Shown: in pieces, positions 28,956 to 38,692 of the stretch
How the letters are laid out: each line of letters opens with the position of its first letter
Numbering within the stretch: position 1 is the stretch's first letter
From: an uncultured Veillonellaceae bacterium
GTDB lineage: Bacteria > Bacillota > Negativicutes > JARBTT01
Length of the DNA: 64,000 nucleotides
Reading direction: 5' to 3'
Assembly (NCBI GenBank): GCA_963805085.1
Contig: CAWDTA010000002.1
Span: 896,001 to 960,000 of the forward strand
Notes under the pieces: generated by a model
What the model saw: the letters and a program-made list of their open reading frames with translations, nothing else
Database searches by the model: none
What the model was told of the DNA's origin: nothing
Position numbers and translations under genes: made by a program

Positions 28956-29031
28956 GATCCACTAGCTCAGTTGGTAGAGCATCTGACTTTTAATCAGGGT
29001 GTCCCGCGTTCGAGTCGCGGGTGGGTCACCA
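28956..29031 (+). tRNA. tRNA-Lys(TTT)
   Basis: CTGA CTTTTAA TCAG, TTCGAGTC, CCA. Confidence 0.97.
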
Positions 29032-29043
29032 TTTTAAAAAGAT

Positions 29044-29078
29044 AAGTCTTTCAAATTTTAAATTTGAAAGACTTTTTT
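29044..29078. terminator. Terminator after tRNA operon
   Basis: AAGTCTTTCAAATTT-t-AAATTTGAAAGACTTTTTT. Confidence 0.7.
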
Positions 29079-29126
29079 GTTGTGTAAAAAAGCACCATTA
29101 CTGGTGTTTTTAAATAATATAGAATT

Positions 29127-29675
29127 CTAAAGTAATTTTTCAATATCTGCTTGCATTGCGCTTGGTAAAGTTGTTGGTTCATAGCGCTGAATGACTTTGC
29201 CGGAACGATCAACTAAAAATTTCGTAAAATTCCATTTAATAGAATCACCTTCTAAAAATTCAGGAAAACGTTCTTTTAGTACACCGTGTAATTTTTCACC
29301 GATAGGGTGATTGTAGTCAAAGCCTTGGAAAGGAATTTGCTCAGTCAAATATTGAAAAAGTGGGTGGGCATTTTCACCGCGGACATCAATTTTTTCGAAT
29401 AAAGGAAAAGTAACGCCATAGTTTACTTGGCAGAAATTTTGAACCTCTGCATTTGTTCCCGGCTCTTGTTCAGCAAATTGATTGCTGGGGAAGCCTAGAA
29501 TTTCTAAGCCTTGATTTGCATACTTTGTATATAACGACTGTAATTCTTGATACTGAGGAGTAAAACCACATTTACTGGCGGTGTTAACAATAATAAGAAC
29601 TTTTCCTTTGTAGTCTGCCAAGGATTGTTCTTTTCCACCAATTGATTTTAAATCGAAATCGTAAATACTCATCAT
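29127..29675 (-). CDS. Glutathione peroxidase family (Cys-type)
   Basis: VNTASKCGFTPQY, GFPSNQF..QEPG, IKWNFTKFL. Confidence 0.95.
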   Translation of the reverse strand: MMSIYDFDLKSIGGKEQSLADYKGKVLIIVNTASKCGFTPQYQELQSLYTKYANQGLEILGFPSNQFAEQEPGTNAEVQNFCQVNYGVTFPLFEKIDVRGENAHPLFQYLTEQIPFQGFDYNHPIGEKLHGVLKERFPEFLEGDSIKWNFTKFLVDRSGKVIQRYEPTTLPSAMQADIEKLL

Positions 29676-29714
29676 ACAGTCCTCCTTGCCATTATTGGCA
29701 CAAATTTTGTTAAT

Positions 29715-29945
29715 TTATTTTAGAGCTAAATATTCATCAATCTTTTCCTTATCAAAGCCAATCACAATGTTTTTGTTGATATTGGACACAGGGACATTCA
29801 GTTGATTGGTGAGTTTGAGTAATTCAGCTCGTCCTTCTTCATCTTCCTCTACATTAATCTCAGTAAAAGCAGCTTCTTTTAGTTCTAGATATTTTTTTAC
29901 CTTATGGCACCATGGGCAATTAGGGATAGAATATACTGTAATCAT
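29715..29945 (-). CDS. Glutaredoxin-like (NrdH/YruB) protein
   Basis: CPWC, VPV, IVIGFD. Confidence 0.9.
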   Translation of the reverse strand: MITVYSIPNCPWCHKVKKYLELKEAAFTEINVEEDEEGRAELLKLTNQLNVPVSNINKNIVIGFDKEKIDEYLALK

Positions 29946-30889
29946 ACTTGATTCCCCCTTTCCTTTTGTGTAATATATTTTTCGGCCAGTAGAGCGGCAA
30001 CCGTCCCATCGGCGGCGGCAGTGGTTAGTTGCCGAATCAGTTTGGTTCGTATATCGCCAGCAGCAAAAACTCCTTTAATATTAGTTTCGCAAGTTTCCCC
30101 GGCTTTTATGTGCGAAGCAGCGTCTAATTCAATATCACTTTCGTACAACTGTGTTTTAGGAACAACGCCAATATTGACAAAAATACCATCTAACGCTAAA
30201 CTTTTTTGTTCTTTGGTAAGCAAATCCTCAATCAAAATAGACTCGAGCGAAAGCTCTCCAGAAGCCTTTAAGATGTTTGTGTTAAATAAAATTTCTACCT
30301 TAGGATTATTTTTCAACATCTCTTGTGACGAAGTACTTGCTGTTAATGCTGCAGAACGATGAATTATATAAATTTTCTTTGCATATTTATCAAGAAAATT
30401 TGCGGCATCAACTGCGGCATTGCCACCGCCGACGACGGCAATCGTCTTCCCTTGATAAAGGTGACCATCACATAATTCGCAATAATGGATTCCCCTGCCA
30501 CGAAAATGTTTTTCCTCAACGACAGGAAGTTTACGGCGATCCATGCCAGCCGCGATAATAACTGCTTTTGGTTTATAGATAGTAGACTGTGTTTCGACTG
30601 TTTTTTCTGCATCAGTTAATTTGACTGCAATGATCATATCGAATTCATCAATTTTTGCTCCAGCATGCAATGCTTGTTCTTCAATTTTTTCAATTAGATG
30701 GCTGCCTTTAATGGAATGAAAACCAGGATAATTTTCAATGCCATAAGCGTCAATAATTTGTCCACCAATCAATTGATCTTCTAAGATGAGAGTGTCTAAT
30801 TTCATACGTGCTGCATAGATTCCGGCGGTTAAGCCAGCGATGCCCGCGCCGATAATCAGTAAGTCTAATACCTTTTGTGGTTTTGTCAA
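29942..30889 (-). CDS. trxB: Thioredoxin reductase-like FAD oxidoreductase
   Basis: IIGAGIAG, HYCELCDG, VVGGGNAA, FAAGD. Confidence 0.88.
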   Translation of the reverse strand: MTKPQKVLDLLIIGAGIAGLTAGIYAARMKLDTLILEDQLIGGQIIDAYGIENYPGFHSIKGSHLIEKIEEQALHAGAKIDEFDMIIAVKLTDAEKTVETQSTIYKPKAVIIAAGMDRRKLPVVEEKHFRGRGIHYCELCDGHLYQGKTIAVVGGGNAAVDAANFLDKYAKKIYIIHRSAALTASTSSQEMLKNNPKVEILFNTNILKASGELSLESILIEDLLTKEQKSLALDGIFVNIGVVPKTQLYESDIELDAASHIKAGETCETNIKGVFAAGDIRTKLIRQLTTAAADGTVAALLAEKYITQKERGNQV

Positions 30890-31133
30890 TCATTTCACCT
30901 TCCATCATTGCATTGGACTAAAAAATTTGATTAATTTTCATATTTTAACAGTATCATACCGCGTTTTCTTTACATTTACAATCTTTGTATTTTAAAATAT
31001 TTTATTTATTATATTTAAAAAAATAATAAATAAAAAGTATTGCTAAATAATAATATATTGTATATAATATCTAAGTGACCTAAGTGAATGATAACAATAT
31101 TACTGATGTTGTTATACGTATTTTGGTTATTAT

Positions 31134-31208
31134 GGCCCGTTGGTCAAGCGGTTAAGACACCGCCCTTTCACGGCGGCTTCACGAGTTCGAATCTCGTACG
31201 GGTCACCA
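31134..31208 (+). tRNA. tRNA-Glu(TTC), identical to 28539-28613
   Basis: Same sequence as the first copy. Confidence 0.97.
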
Positions 31209-31223
31209 TCTCATTTTTTTCTC

Positions 31224-31299
<76 letters not shown>

Positions 31300-31362
31300 T
31301 ATAAGAAGAATAAGCGCCTATCCATCCGGATAGGCTTTTTGCTTTATTTTAGGAGAAATAGT

Positions 31363-31599
31363 ATGGCTGTAATAGAACTGAGCAAAGAGCGCAAAAAAAT
31401 ACTAACTGACAGCATCAAAAAGTTTTTCGCTGAGGAGCGTGACGAAGAAATCAGTGATTTTAAAGCAGATATTTATCTTGATTTTATTTTGAATCATGCT
31501 GGTGTCTATATTTACGAACAAGCAATTGCGGATGCACATGATTTTATGTTAGAAAAAACCGATGAATTATTTACTTTAGAAAAACGAATTGTAAAGTAG
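31363..31599 (+). CDS. DUF2164-like small protein
   Basis: I.LSKE.K......IK.FF.EERDEEI..F.A...LDF......G..IY..A..DA; AGGAG SD before ATG 31363. Confidence 0.8.
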   Translation: MAVIELSKERKKILTDSIKKFFAEERDEEISDFKADIYLDFILNHAGVYIYEQAIADAHDFMLEKTDELFTLEKRIVK

Positions 31600-31612
31600 A
31601 CTATAAATAACG

Positions 31613-31645
31613 AAAGAGCGAATGCGACTTGCATTCGCTCTTTTC
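31613..31645 (+). terminator. Terminator, near-copy of 41288-41326
   Basis: AAAGAGCGAATGC-gactt-GCATTCGCTCTTTT. Confidence 0.75.
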
Positions 31646-31860
31646 AATCTAGGCAAGAATGTGATTGAAAAGAGCGATACAGGGAGAAGCGCAATGTGAA
31701 ACTAGACAGAAAAGTTAAGGTCATGTAAAATAAAATAAGCTCGTTTGAGTACATAATAACGGAAAAAGGCGCTAGGTATATTAACATGTAGCATAGTAGA
31801 AAAGTAGCAAGCGCGACTATTTCCTAAAAACGGGCTAGTAGAAAGGTAGGATGGATTAAC

Positions 31861-33279
31861 ATGACAATTCAATTTTGGATCATTGTGCTGTATATTTGCG
31901 TGCTTTTCGCAATCAGCATTTATGTAAAGCGTCGGGCGAGCAATAGCAGCGGCTTTCTTTTTGCCGGGCGAAAGTTGAGTACCACTTTGGTAGCGACGAA
32001 TATTGCCGGGACGGCTATCGGGGCGGCAGCTACGATTGGGGTGGCAGAAAACGCCTTTCAGTCTGGAATTGCTGCAGGTTGGTATAATGGTGCATGGGCT
32101 GCGGGGGCTGTTTTGATGGCACTAGTGGCAGCTCGTAAGTATCGGGAGCTCAACTGTACTACTGTGCCAGAGCTTTTTGAAAGGTATTATGACAAGAAAG
32201 GGCGGATCATTGCGGTACTGGGGATGATCACCCTTCAGTTAGTTATCACTTCGTTGCAGTACATTGCGGGGGGCGCTATTCTCTCATCTTTGCTGCCGGA
32301 TATTTTCTCGTTTGAAGGCGGGATGATCACGAGTGCTATCGTGTTCTTCGGTACGACGATTCTTGGGGGACTCTGGTCTTCTGGATTATCAAATATTCTT
32401 AGTGTAACCTTGATTTACATAGGCGTACTAATTAGCACGGTGACGATTGTTACTAGGCAGGGCGGTATTGGCGCCATTGCGGCTGCATTGCCACCCGGAG
32501 TTGATTGGTTTGGACCACTAGGCGGCTTAGGAATGGCAACAGTTATCGGCTGGTTTGTGGTAATGATGACGCAGGCGATTACAGCTCAAGGACCTGTGCA
32601 GGTGGCCTGTGCAGCTGTCAATGGAGCTGCAGCGAAAAAAGGTTTTTTATGGGGGGCATTACTAATGTTTCCTATCGGCTTTGCTTGTGCGATTATGGGG
32701 GTGGCAGCTCGGGCTGCGCATCCTGAAATGCAGGCAACATTGGCTTTGCCTTATATGATTATGAGCTTAAATCCAGTGATCTCGGGCTTGACGTTGGCGG
32801 CTCTTTGGGCGGCAGATGTGTCTACAGCCTGCCATATTTTGCTGGCGGCAGGCACGCTTTTTTCGCAGGATATTTACAAGCGTTTTATCAATCCTGAGGT
32901 AAGTGACAAGCGCTACACGCTTATTAATCGTTATGCGATTTTGGGGTTAGGAATTGTGACCTTATGGTTTGCTTTTAACGCCGTAGGCATCGTAAAAACA
33001 ATGCTCATCGGGTTGAGCTTGACGACGGCATTTACATTGATCTTTCTCTTTACGATGTTCGCTCCAGGGCTGTGTAGGCGTAATTCTGCTTTTTATACCA
33101 CACTGGCTGGCATCGTGACCCTATTTATTTGGCAGTTATTTCCAATAGTGCAAATTTTTGCCCATCCCATCTATATGGAATGGCTGGTTTGCTTAGTGAC
33201 CTTCTTTGTGGTTGCTGTGGTGGATCAGGAACGAATCACGTTGCCAGAAAAACAGGTAGAAGAGGTATGTGTCGAGTAA
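31861..33279 (+). CDS. Sodium:solute symporter family protein
   Basis: FLFAGRKL, TVPE..E.YY, about 13 TM helices, DIYKR. Confidence 0.9.
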   Translation: MTIQFWIIVLYICVLFAISIYVKRRASNSSGFLFAGRKLSTTLVATNIAGTAIGAAATIGVAENAFQSGIAAGWYNGAWAAGAVLMALVAARKYRELNCTTVPELFERYYDKKGRIIAVLGMITLQLVITSLQYIAGGAILSSLLPDIFSFEGGMITSAIVFFGTTILGGLWSSGLSNILSVTLIYIGVLISTVTIVTRQGGIGAIAAALPPGVDWFGPLGGLGMATVIGWFVVMMTQAITAQGPVQVACAAVNGAAAKKGFLWGALLMFPIGFACAIMGVAARAAHPEMQATLALPYMIMSLNPVISGLTLAALWAADVSTACHILLAAGTLFSQDIYKRFINPEVSDKRYTLINRYAILGLGIVTLWFAFNAVGIVKTMLIGLSLTTAFTLIFLFTMFAPGLCRRNSAFYTTLAGIVTLFIWQLFPIVQIFAHPIYMEWLVCLVTFFVVAVVDQERITLPEKQVEEVCVE

Positions 33280-33301
33280 TCAGATGAAACAATTGTCTTG
33301 A

Positions 33302-34615
33302 TTATAGAATATTAATTTGCACAATTCTACTGGGTCTACCATTTTTATTTAGAGAGCGCTTACCAACTTCAAAGCAAAATTCATGCTTCATTAATTTAAC
33401 GATGATTCTGTTCATCGTTCTGAGGGTGACACCTAGTAGTTCAGCAAGTTCAGAAGATGTAAATTGATTTTTGCCTTGCCTTTTTATAATACTGTGTAAA
33501 TGAAAAATCGTATTGATGCTAATTTCTGTTTTATCAGAAATAGTAAGAAATTTTTCGTCGATTTTAGGTTCTGGGGAGAGCTTCTTTTGGGAATGAAGGG
33601 GACCGATAATTTTGGTTTTGCTGTACACAATAAAAGCCGTATCACCACCTAATGTACTAGACCGCTGCATCCCTAGATTGGCATTAGATTTGGCTTCTTG
33701 GGCAGTAGCTCCATAGCCGACACCAACGCTTAAGGTACTGGCGGTATGCTTTTTTATGGTGTGCATAATATCGATTTTTTCAAAGTTATTCGTTACGCTC
33801 TCTAATAAATATTTAGTAGAAAATAAAAGATATTCGCGTACGCCGACTTCGACGACAGCAGCTTTGATACTTTGGGCAAAAATATAGATTTGTCGTGTAA
33901 CATTTGTGCGATCAATAATATATTGATACTCATCATCATTAAAGACGGAGTATTCACTAGGGGTGTCAATTTGTAGATAGAGGGCAACGATTTGACTCTG
34001 TTGGCTGATTTGTACTAAGTGGTTTAACTGTATTTTATGCAGTGTTTGTCGAATCGCACTGGCAGTGGGGAAATAGAGATAGCAGGGAATCTCTTTAGCG
34101 CGTAATTGTTGATAGACAGTATAAGAGGCCGTGATACAGCAAGAGGCTTTTTTATAGAGATAATTTTGCTCGTGAGCTGCGCAAGCGTAGGCACTGTAAG
34201 TATCATCATAAGGAATATCTGGAATCGTGTAAATTTCAAAGTTGTTATAGTCTAGACCTAGTTCCCGGTAAGTTTCCTGTAGCTGCGTCTGGTCATAAAG
34301 GTCAGTGCTGATATGAAAAATGTTATGCTGCGCAGATAAAGTAATTTGCAGTAAAATCTGCAAAAGTGAACTGCCACTGCGCGGTACTGATTCCCAAGGA
34401 ATGGTTGGCGTAATATGCTTTTCTGCGTAAGTTAGAACGTTTTTGCCAGTAAAGAGCAGGGCGTCTAATTGACCTTGCTCTTTGGCAAGGATGGTGGGCA
34501 GCTCTAAAAAGCTTTTGTAAAGATAGAGTATCGGTTGTATTTGCAGAAAATCTTTCTTAATAATCGGTATAATTTTATCGGCAATTTCCAAAGGAGCCGC
34601 AATGCCTAATCTCAT
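33302..34615 (-). CDS. Transcriptional regulator (sensor domain, degenerate GGDEF-like domain, C-terminal HTH)
   Basis: LLFTG, SVGVGYG.TA.EA, C-terminal ELAELLGVTLRTMNRI..GRP; divergent from the catabolic operon. Confidence 0.75.
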   Translation of the reverse strand: MRLGIAAPLEIADKIIPIIKKDFLQIQPILYLYKSFLELPTILAKEQGQLDALLFTGKNVLTYAEKHITPTIPWESVPRSGSSLLQILLQITLSAQHNIFHISTDLYDQTQLQETYRELGLDYNNFEIYTIPDIPYDDTYSAYACAAHEQNYLYKKASCCITASYTVYQQLRAKEIPCYLYFPTASAIRQTLHKIQLNHLVQISQQSQIVALYLQIDTPSEYSVFNDDEYQYIIDRTNVTRQIYIFAQSIKAAVVEVGVREYLLFSTKYLLESVTNNFEKIDIMHTIKKHTASTLSVGVGYGATAQEAKSNANLGMQRSSTLGGDTAFIVYSKTKIIGPLHSQKKLSPEPKIDEKFLTISDKTEISINTIFHLHSIIKRQGKNQFTSSELAELLGVTLRTMNRIIVKLMKHEFCFEVGKRSLNKNGRPSRIVQINIL

Positions 34616-34899
34616 GATGTATCACCTCGTACAATTGACTACGGAAATCTTCATTAAATGTATTTGTGGACAGTATAAAGGGCTATTAAAGACACACATT
34701 TGTTTATATAATAGCATTAATAACTCGAAAGACATAATTAAATTTATAAAAATATAAAATGTATGTTTTATATTGTGTAATTCTGTAATAGTCTACTGCA
34801 GTGAAATATTATAGAATAGTTTATGTTTTGATGAATGAGGAAAAAGCATGCTCCTTTCATTTCATCAGAGAGTGGAATACTTAAATAGAATTGGCAATG

Positions 34900-34941
34900 T
34901 AGCCATTAACGCAAACTTAAGCGTTAATGGCTATTTTTTTT
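34900..34941 (+). terminator. Terminator-like hairpin in the 5' leader of the MFS operon
   Basis: TAGCCATTAACGC-8nt-GCGTTAATGGCTA then T run, 55 nt before ATG. Confidence 0.6.
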
Positions 34942-34996
34942 AGTGATTTCTAGGTATTGAGATGAGAGTCGTAATAAATATAAGGAGGCGCTAGCT

Positions 34997-36256
34997 ATGG
35001 GGATTGTTAACAATATAAAAGGTGGAAATAAGTATTTGGCGTTTGTGTTACTGTATGTTGGGTTTTGTATTTCCTATATTGATCGGGCTGCCATCAATAT
35101 TGCGTTAGCTTCAATTGGACAGGAGTTTAGTTTAAATCCTTCGGCTATGGGGGTCGTTCTTAGTACTTTTTTTGTGGGTTATGCAATTATGCAGGTGCCT
35201 GGTGGCTGGCTTTCAGATAAGTTTGGTTCTAAAAAGGTTATTATAATATCGCTATTCTTGTGGTCTGTATTTACAATGGGCACAGGGTATGCTTGGTCGT
35301 TAACAGCATTGATTGTCATTCGTTTTATATTTGGTATCGGGGAAGGTTCTTTTCCCCCAGCAAGTTTACGAGCTATTGCAGAATATTTTCCTAAAACAGA
35401 CCGACCAAAAATGGCAGCTGCGCTATTATCATCAAATTATGTAGGTAGTGCAATTGCACCAATGATGATTGTACCTTTAATGTTAGCTTTTGGCTGGAGA
35501 AATATGTTTCATATTTTCGGAATATTGGGGATTGTTTACATTGTAGTGTATTGGTTTTTGATTAAGCCTGCTAAAGTTGAAGAGGCTGAGCAAGTCGCTG
35601 CTGGCGATAAGAAAAAAATCAATATGAAAGAATTATTAAAAATGCCGATTATGTGGCAATTGGTAATCGCGTGGTTTGCGCTAAGTTTAGTTAATAAGGG
35701 GCTAGATTCTTGGATGCCTACCTACTTATTAACAGTACGACATTTAGATTTGAAATCAGTAGGGTTATTAACACCATTACCATTTGTGGCAGCTGGTATT
35801 TCTACCGCGATAGGTGGTTGGGTTATGGATCGTTTCTTTGATGGGCGCGAAAAGTATTTACTCGTATCTTGCGCTTTATTGACAGGATTTTTCTTGTATT
35901 TTATGTATACGGCCGAAACAGTAATGATGGTCATTGCTTTTCAAAGTTTAGTATATTTTTTTAAGTCTTTTGTATTTGCCGCGGCGTTGTCGCTACCGAT
36001 GAAATTGTTACCAGGATCGATATCCGGTTCAGCTTCAGGGTTAATTAATGTAGGTGGACAATCAGCAGGTTTTGTGGCTCCAATCGCTATTGGTCTCATG
36101 ATCACCGCTTTCAATGGTTCCTATGATGCTGTGTTTTGGTTCTTAATTGCTGCAGCTTGTTTATCCGCGTTGTCTAGTGTAACAATAAAAAATAGAGCGA
36201 AAAAAGAACAAAGCAATTCTATAGAAAATCATGAGGAGATTGTAACATGCAAATAA
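34997..36256 (+). CDS. MFS transporter (ACS-like)
   Basis: YIDRAAI, GWLSDKFGSK, RFIFGIGEG. Confidence 0.93.
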   Translation: MGIVNNIKGGNKYLAFVLLYVGFCISYIDRAAINIALASIGQEFSLNPSAMGVVLSTFFVGYAIMQVPGGWLSDKFGSKKVIIISLFLWSVFTMGTGYAWSLTALIVIRFIFGIGEGSFPPASLRAIAEYFPKTDRPKMAAALLSSNYVGSAIAPMMIVPLMLAFGWRNMFHIFGILGIVYIVVYWFLIKPAKVEEAEQVAAGDKKKINMKELLKMPIMWQLVIAWFALSLVNKGLDSWMPTYLLTVRHLDLKSVGLLTPLPFVAAGISTAIGGWVMDRFFDGREKYLLVSCALLTGFFLYFMYTAETVMMVIAFQSLVYFFKSFVFAAALSLPMKLLPGSISGSASGLINVGGQSAGFVAPIAIGLMITAFNGSYDAVFWFLIAAACLSALSSVTIKNRAKKEQSNSIENHEEIVTCK

Positions 36257-37359
36257 AAAAAATAGTATTACGCAAAATGAAGATGGAAATGAAAGTTCCT
36301 TTTGAAACCAGTTTTGGTGTAACGACCAGTAAGCAGTTTATCATGGTAGAATTGCATACGAAGGAGCATATCGGCTATGGTGATTGTTCGGCTTTTGCCG
36401 CTCCTTGGTATAATGAAGAAACAACAGAAACTGCTTGGCATATGCTGCAGGATTATCTAGTTCCTATCTTGTATAGTAACGATGAGATTTCACATCCAGA
36501 GCAAATACAAAAGCAAGTGGAATGGATTAGACGCAATAAAATGGCGAAAGCATCAATCGATTGTGCGCTTTGGGATTTATACGCAAAAGAAAGAAATATC
36601 AGTGTAGCAAAAGCCTTAGGTGGCACACGACATGAGATTGAGACCGGAATTAGTCTTGGCATTCAAAAAAGCCCAGAGGATCTTGTACGGGTTGTAGAAA
36701 AATACATGGGGGAAGGATATCGTCGCGTTAAAATAAAAATTAAGCCGGGCAAAGATTTGCAATATTTATCGGCAGTGCGGAAAGAATTTGGCGATATTAT
36801 GCTGATGGCAGATGCGAACTCGGCCTATACGCTAAATGATATCGAACTTTTTAAAGAACTGGATAAACTCAACTTATTGATGATTGAGCAACCTTTAGCT
36901 CATGATGATATTGTGGACCATCGGGAACTGCAGTCGATGATGAAAACTAGGATTTGCTTAGATGAAAGCATTCATTCGGTAGAAGATGCCCGCAAAGCGA
37001 TTGGACTTGGTAGTACAAAAACCATTAATATTAAAGTAGCAAGGGTCGGTGGTTTGACGGAAGCCAAGAAAATTCACGATCTTTGCCAAATTCATGATAT
37101 TCCTGTTTGGTGTGGTGGGATGCTCGATACTGGGATTGCCCGTGCCCATAACATTGCAGTAGCTTCGCTACCTAACTATCAATTCCCAGGGGATGTGCCA
37201 GCATCAGATCGATATTGGGAGCATGATTTGATGTCACCGTCTGTTATCATTGATAAAAATGCGATGATACAAGTGCCTACTGCGCCGGGGATTGGTTTTG
37301 AGCCAGTTGCAGAATTAGTAGACCGTTTTACGCTTGAGAAAAAAGAAATTATCAGATAA
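36247..37359 (+). CDS. menC: N-succinyl/N-acylamino acid racemase / o-succinylbenzoate synthase (enolase superfamily)
   Basis: PFETSFG, PWYNEET, KIKIK, ADANSAY, IEQP, LDES, NIKVARVGG, WCGGML: NSAR/OSBS subfamily signature. Confidence 0.85.
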   Translation: MQIKKIVLRKMKMEMKVPFETSFGVTTSKQFIMVELHTKEHIGYGDCSAFAAPWYNEETTETAWHMLQDYLVPILYSNDEISHPEQIQKQVEWIRRNKMAKASIDCALWDLYAKERNISVAKALGGTRHEIETGISLGIQKSPEDLVRVVEKYMGEGYRRVKIKIKPGKDLQYLSAVRKEFGDIMLMADANSAYTLNDIELFKELDKLNLLMIEQPLAHDDIVDHRELQSMMKTRICLDESIHSVEDARKAIGLGSTKTINIKVARVGGLTEAKKIHDLCQIHDIPVWCGGMLDTGIARAHNIAVASLPNYQFPGDVPASDRYWEHDLMSPSVIIDKNAMIQVPTAPGIGFEPVAELVDRFTLEKKEIIR

Positions 37360-37468
37360 GATGAAAAAGGGGGGAGTATTTTACTCTCCCTTCTACAATC
37401 CAAAAGAGAATAGAATCCCTATGTAATGTGCTAATATACCAGATGAAGTTAATGGAGGTAGTAGTGAC

Positions 37469-38638
37469 ATGCAAAAGCAGCAGGCATTTGATTTTGTAGA
37501 GCAACATAGAGAAGATATGCTGGCGTTGTGGGAGTTGTTAGTGAATCATGACAGCGGCAGTGATGACAAAGCTGGAATTGATGCTCTGCAAGAAAAACTT
37601 AAAAAAATCTTAGAAGCAGAAGGCGGTAAAGTTCATTTAGTAGAATATAAGCAGGCAGGCAATATGCTCGTTGCGGAATTTGGTGAGGCAAGAAATGCCG
37701 CGCCCGTTATTTTCGTTGGGCATATTGATACTGTATTTACCACTGGTACGAGTAAAAAAAGACCTTTTACCATCAAAGACGGCAAAGCCTATGGTCCGGG
37801 GGTACTGGATATGAAAGGTGGCGTTGTTACGCTTCTTTATGCGCTAAAAGCATTGAATGCCGCTAACTTTTCGGAGCGTCCGATTAAAGTGCTTTTAGCT
37901 GGTGATGAAGAAAATGGCCATCTGAAATCTACGGCGGCAGAAGACCTCGTAAAAGAAGCTACCGGCGCGATTGCTGCGCTGAACGGTGAAACAGGCTTTA
38001 TTGATGATGCTATTGTGGTTGGACGTAAGGGCGTAGCCGGTTTTACTTTAGAAACTTTTGGGGTAGCGGCTCATGTAGGAAATGAACCGGAAAAAGGGCG
38101 GAGTGCGATTGTCGAGATTGCTCATAAACTTCTTGAAATTGAACAGCTTACGGATTGGGAAAAATGTATTTCTGTTAATGTTGGTGTCATTGAAGGTGGT
38201 ACTGTGCAGAATGCTACACCTGATTATGCTAAGATTAAAATTGATGTACGTTTTACGGCAGAAAAAGATGTTGAAAACCTTCATCAGCAATTACAAGTGA
38301 TTGCTGAAAAAACGTATGTGGAAGGCACGACGACGACCGTAACGCCAGGCGTCTGTTTTAAGCCGATGTATACCACGGAAGAGGTAAAAACTTTATTCTC
38401 CTTAGTAAAAGAAACCGCCGAAGAAAATGGGCTAGGTTCCTTATATCAGAAAAAAGTAGGCGGTGGGTCAGACTCAGCTTACATGATAATGGCTGGAGTA
38501 CCTACGGTTTGCGCTATGGGTGTCAAAGGTGGACGCAATCATAGTGCGGAGGAATATGCTATAGTTGATACTTTATTTGAACGTACGAAGCTCTTGGCAG
38601 CAACGGTGCTTAAACTCAAAGAATTTAACATGAAATAA
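37469..38638 (+). CDS. M20 metallopeptidase (carboxypeptidase G2-like)
   Basis: [36 protein letters not shown]. Confidence 0.9.
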   Translation: MQKQQAFDFVEQHREDMLALWELLVNHDSGSDDKAGIDALQEKLKKILEAEGGKVHLVEYKQAGNMLVAEFGEARNAAPVIFVGHIDTVFTTGTSKKRPFTIKDGKAYGPGVLDMKGGVVTLLYALKALNAANFSERPIKVLLAGDEENGHLKSTAAEDLVKEATGAIAALNGETGFIDDAIVVGRKGVAGFTLETFGVAAHVGNEPEKGRSAIVEIAHKLLEIEQLTDWEKCISVNVGVIEGGTVQNATPDYAKIKIDVRFTAEKDVENLHQQLQVIAEKTYVEGTTTTVTPGVCFKPMYTTEEVKTLFSLVKETAEENGLGSLYQKKVGGGSDSAYMIMAGVPTVCAMGVKGGRNHSAEEYAIVDTLFERTKLLAATVLKLKEFNMK

Positions 38639-38692
38639 GCATAGATAAAAATGATAATAGCGACGAAGATAAATGTGAGGGGGATTATACTT

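Noticed and set aside
29127-30889. Selenocysteine recoding in GPx or TrxB
   Set aside because: Active sites are Cys-encoded (SKCG, CELC); no in-frame TGA.
36247-37359. Menaquinone biosynthesis locus
   Set aside because: No menB/D/E/F/H nearby; context favours a racemase role.
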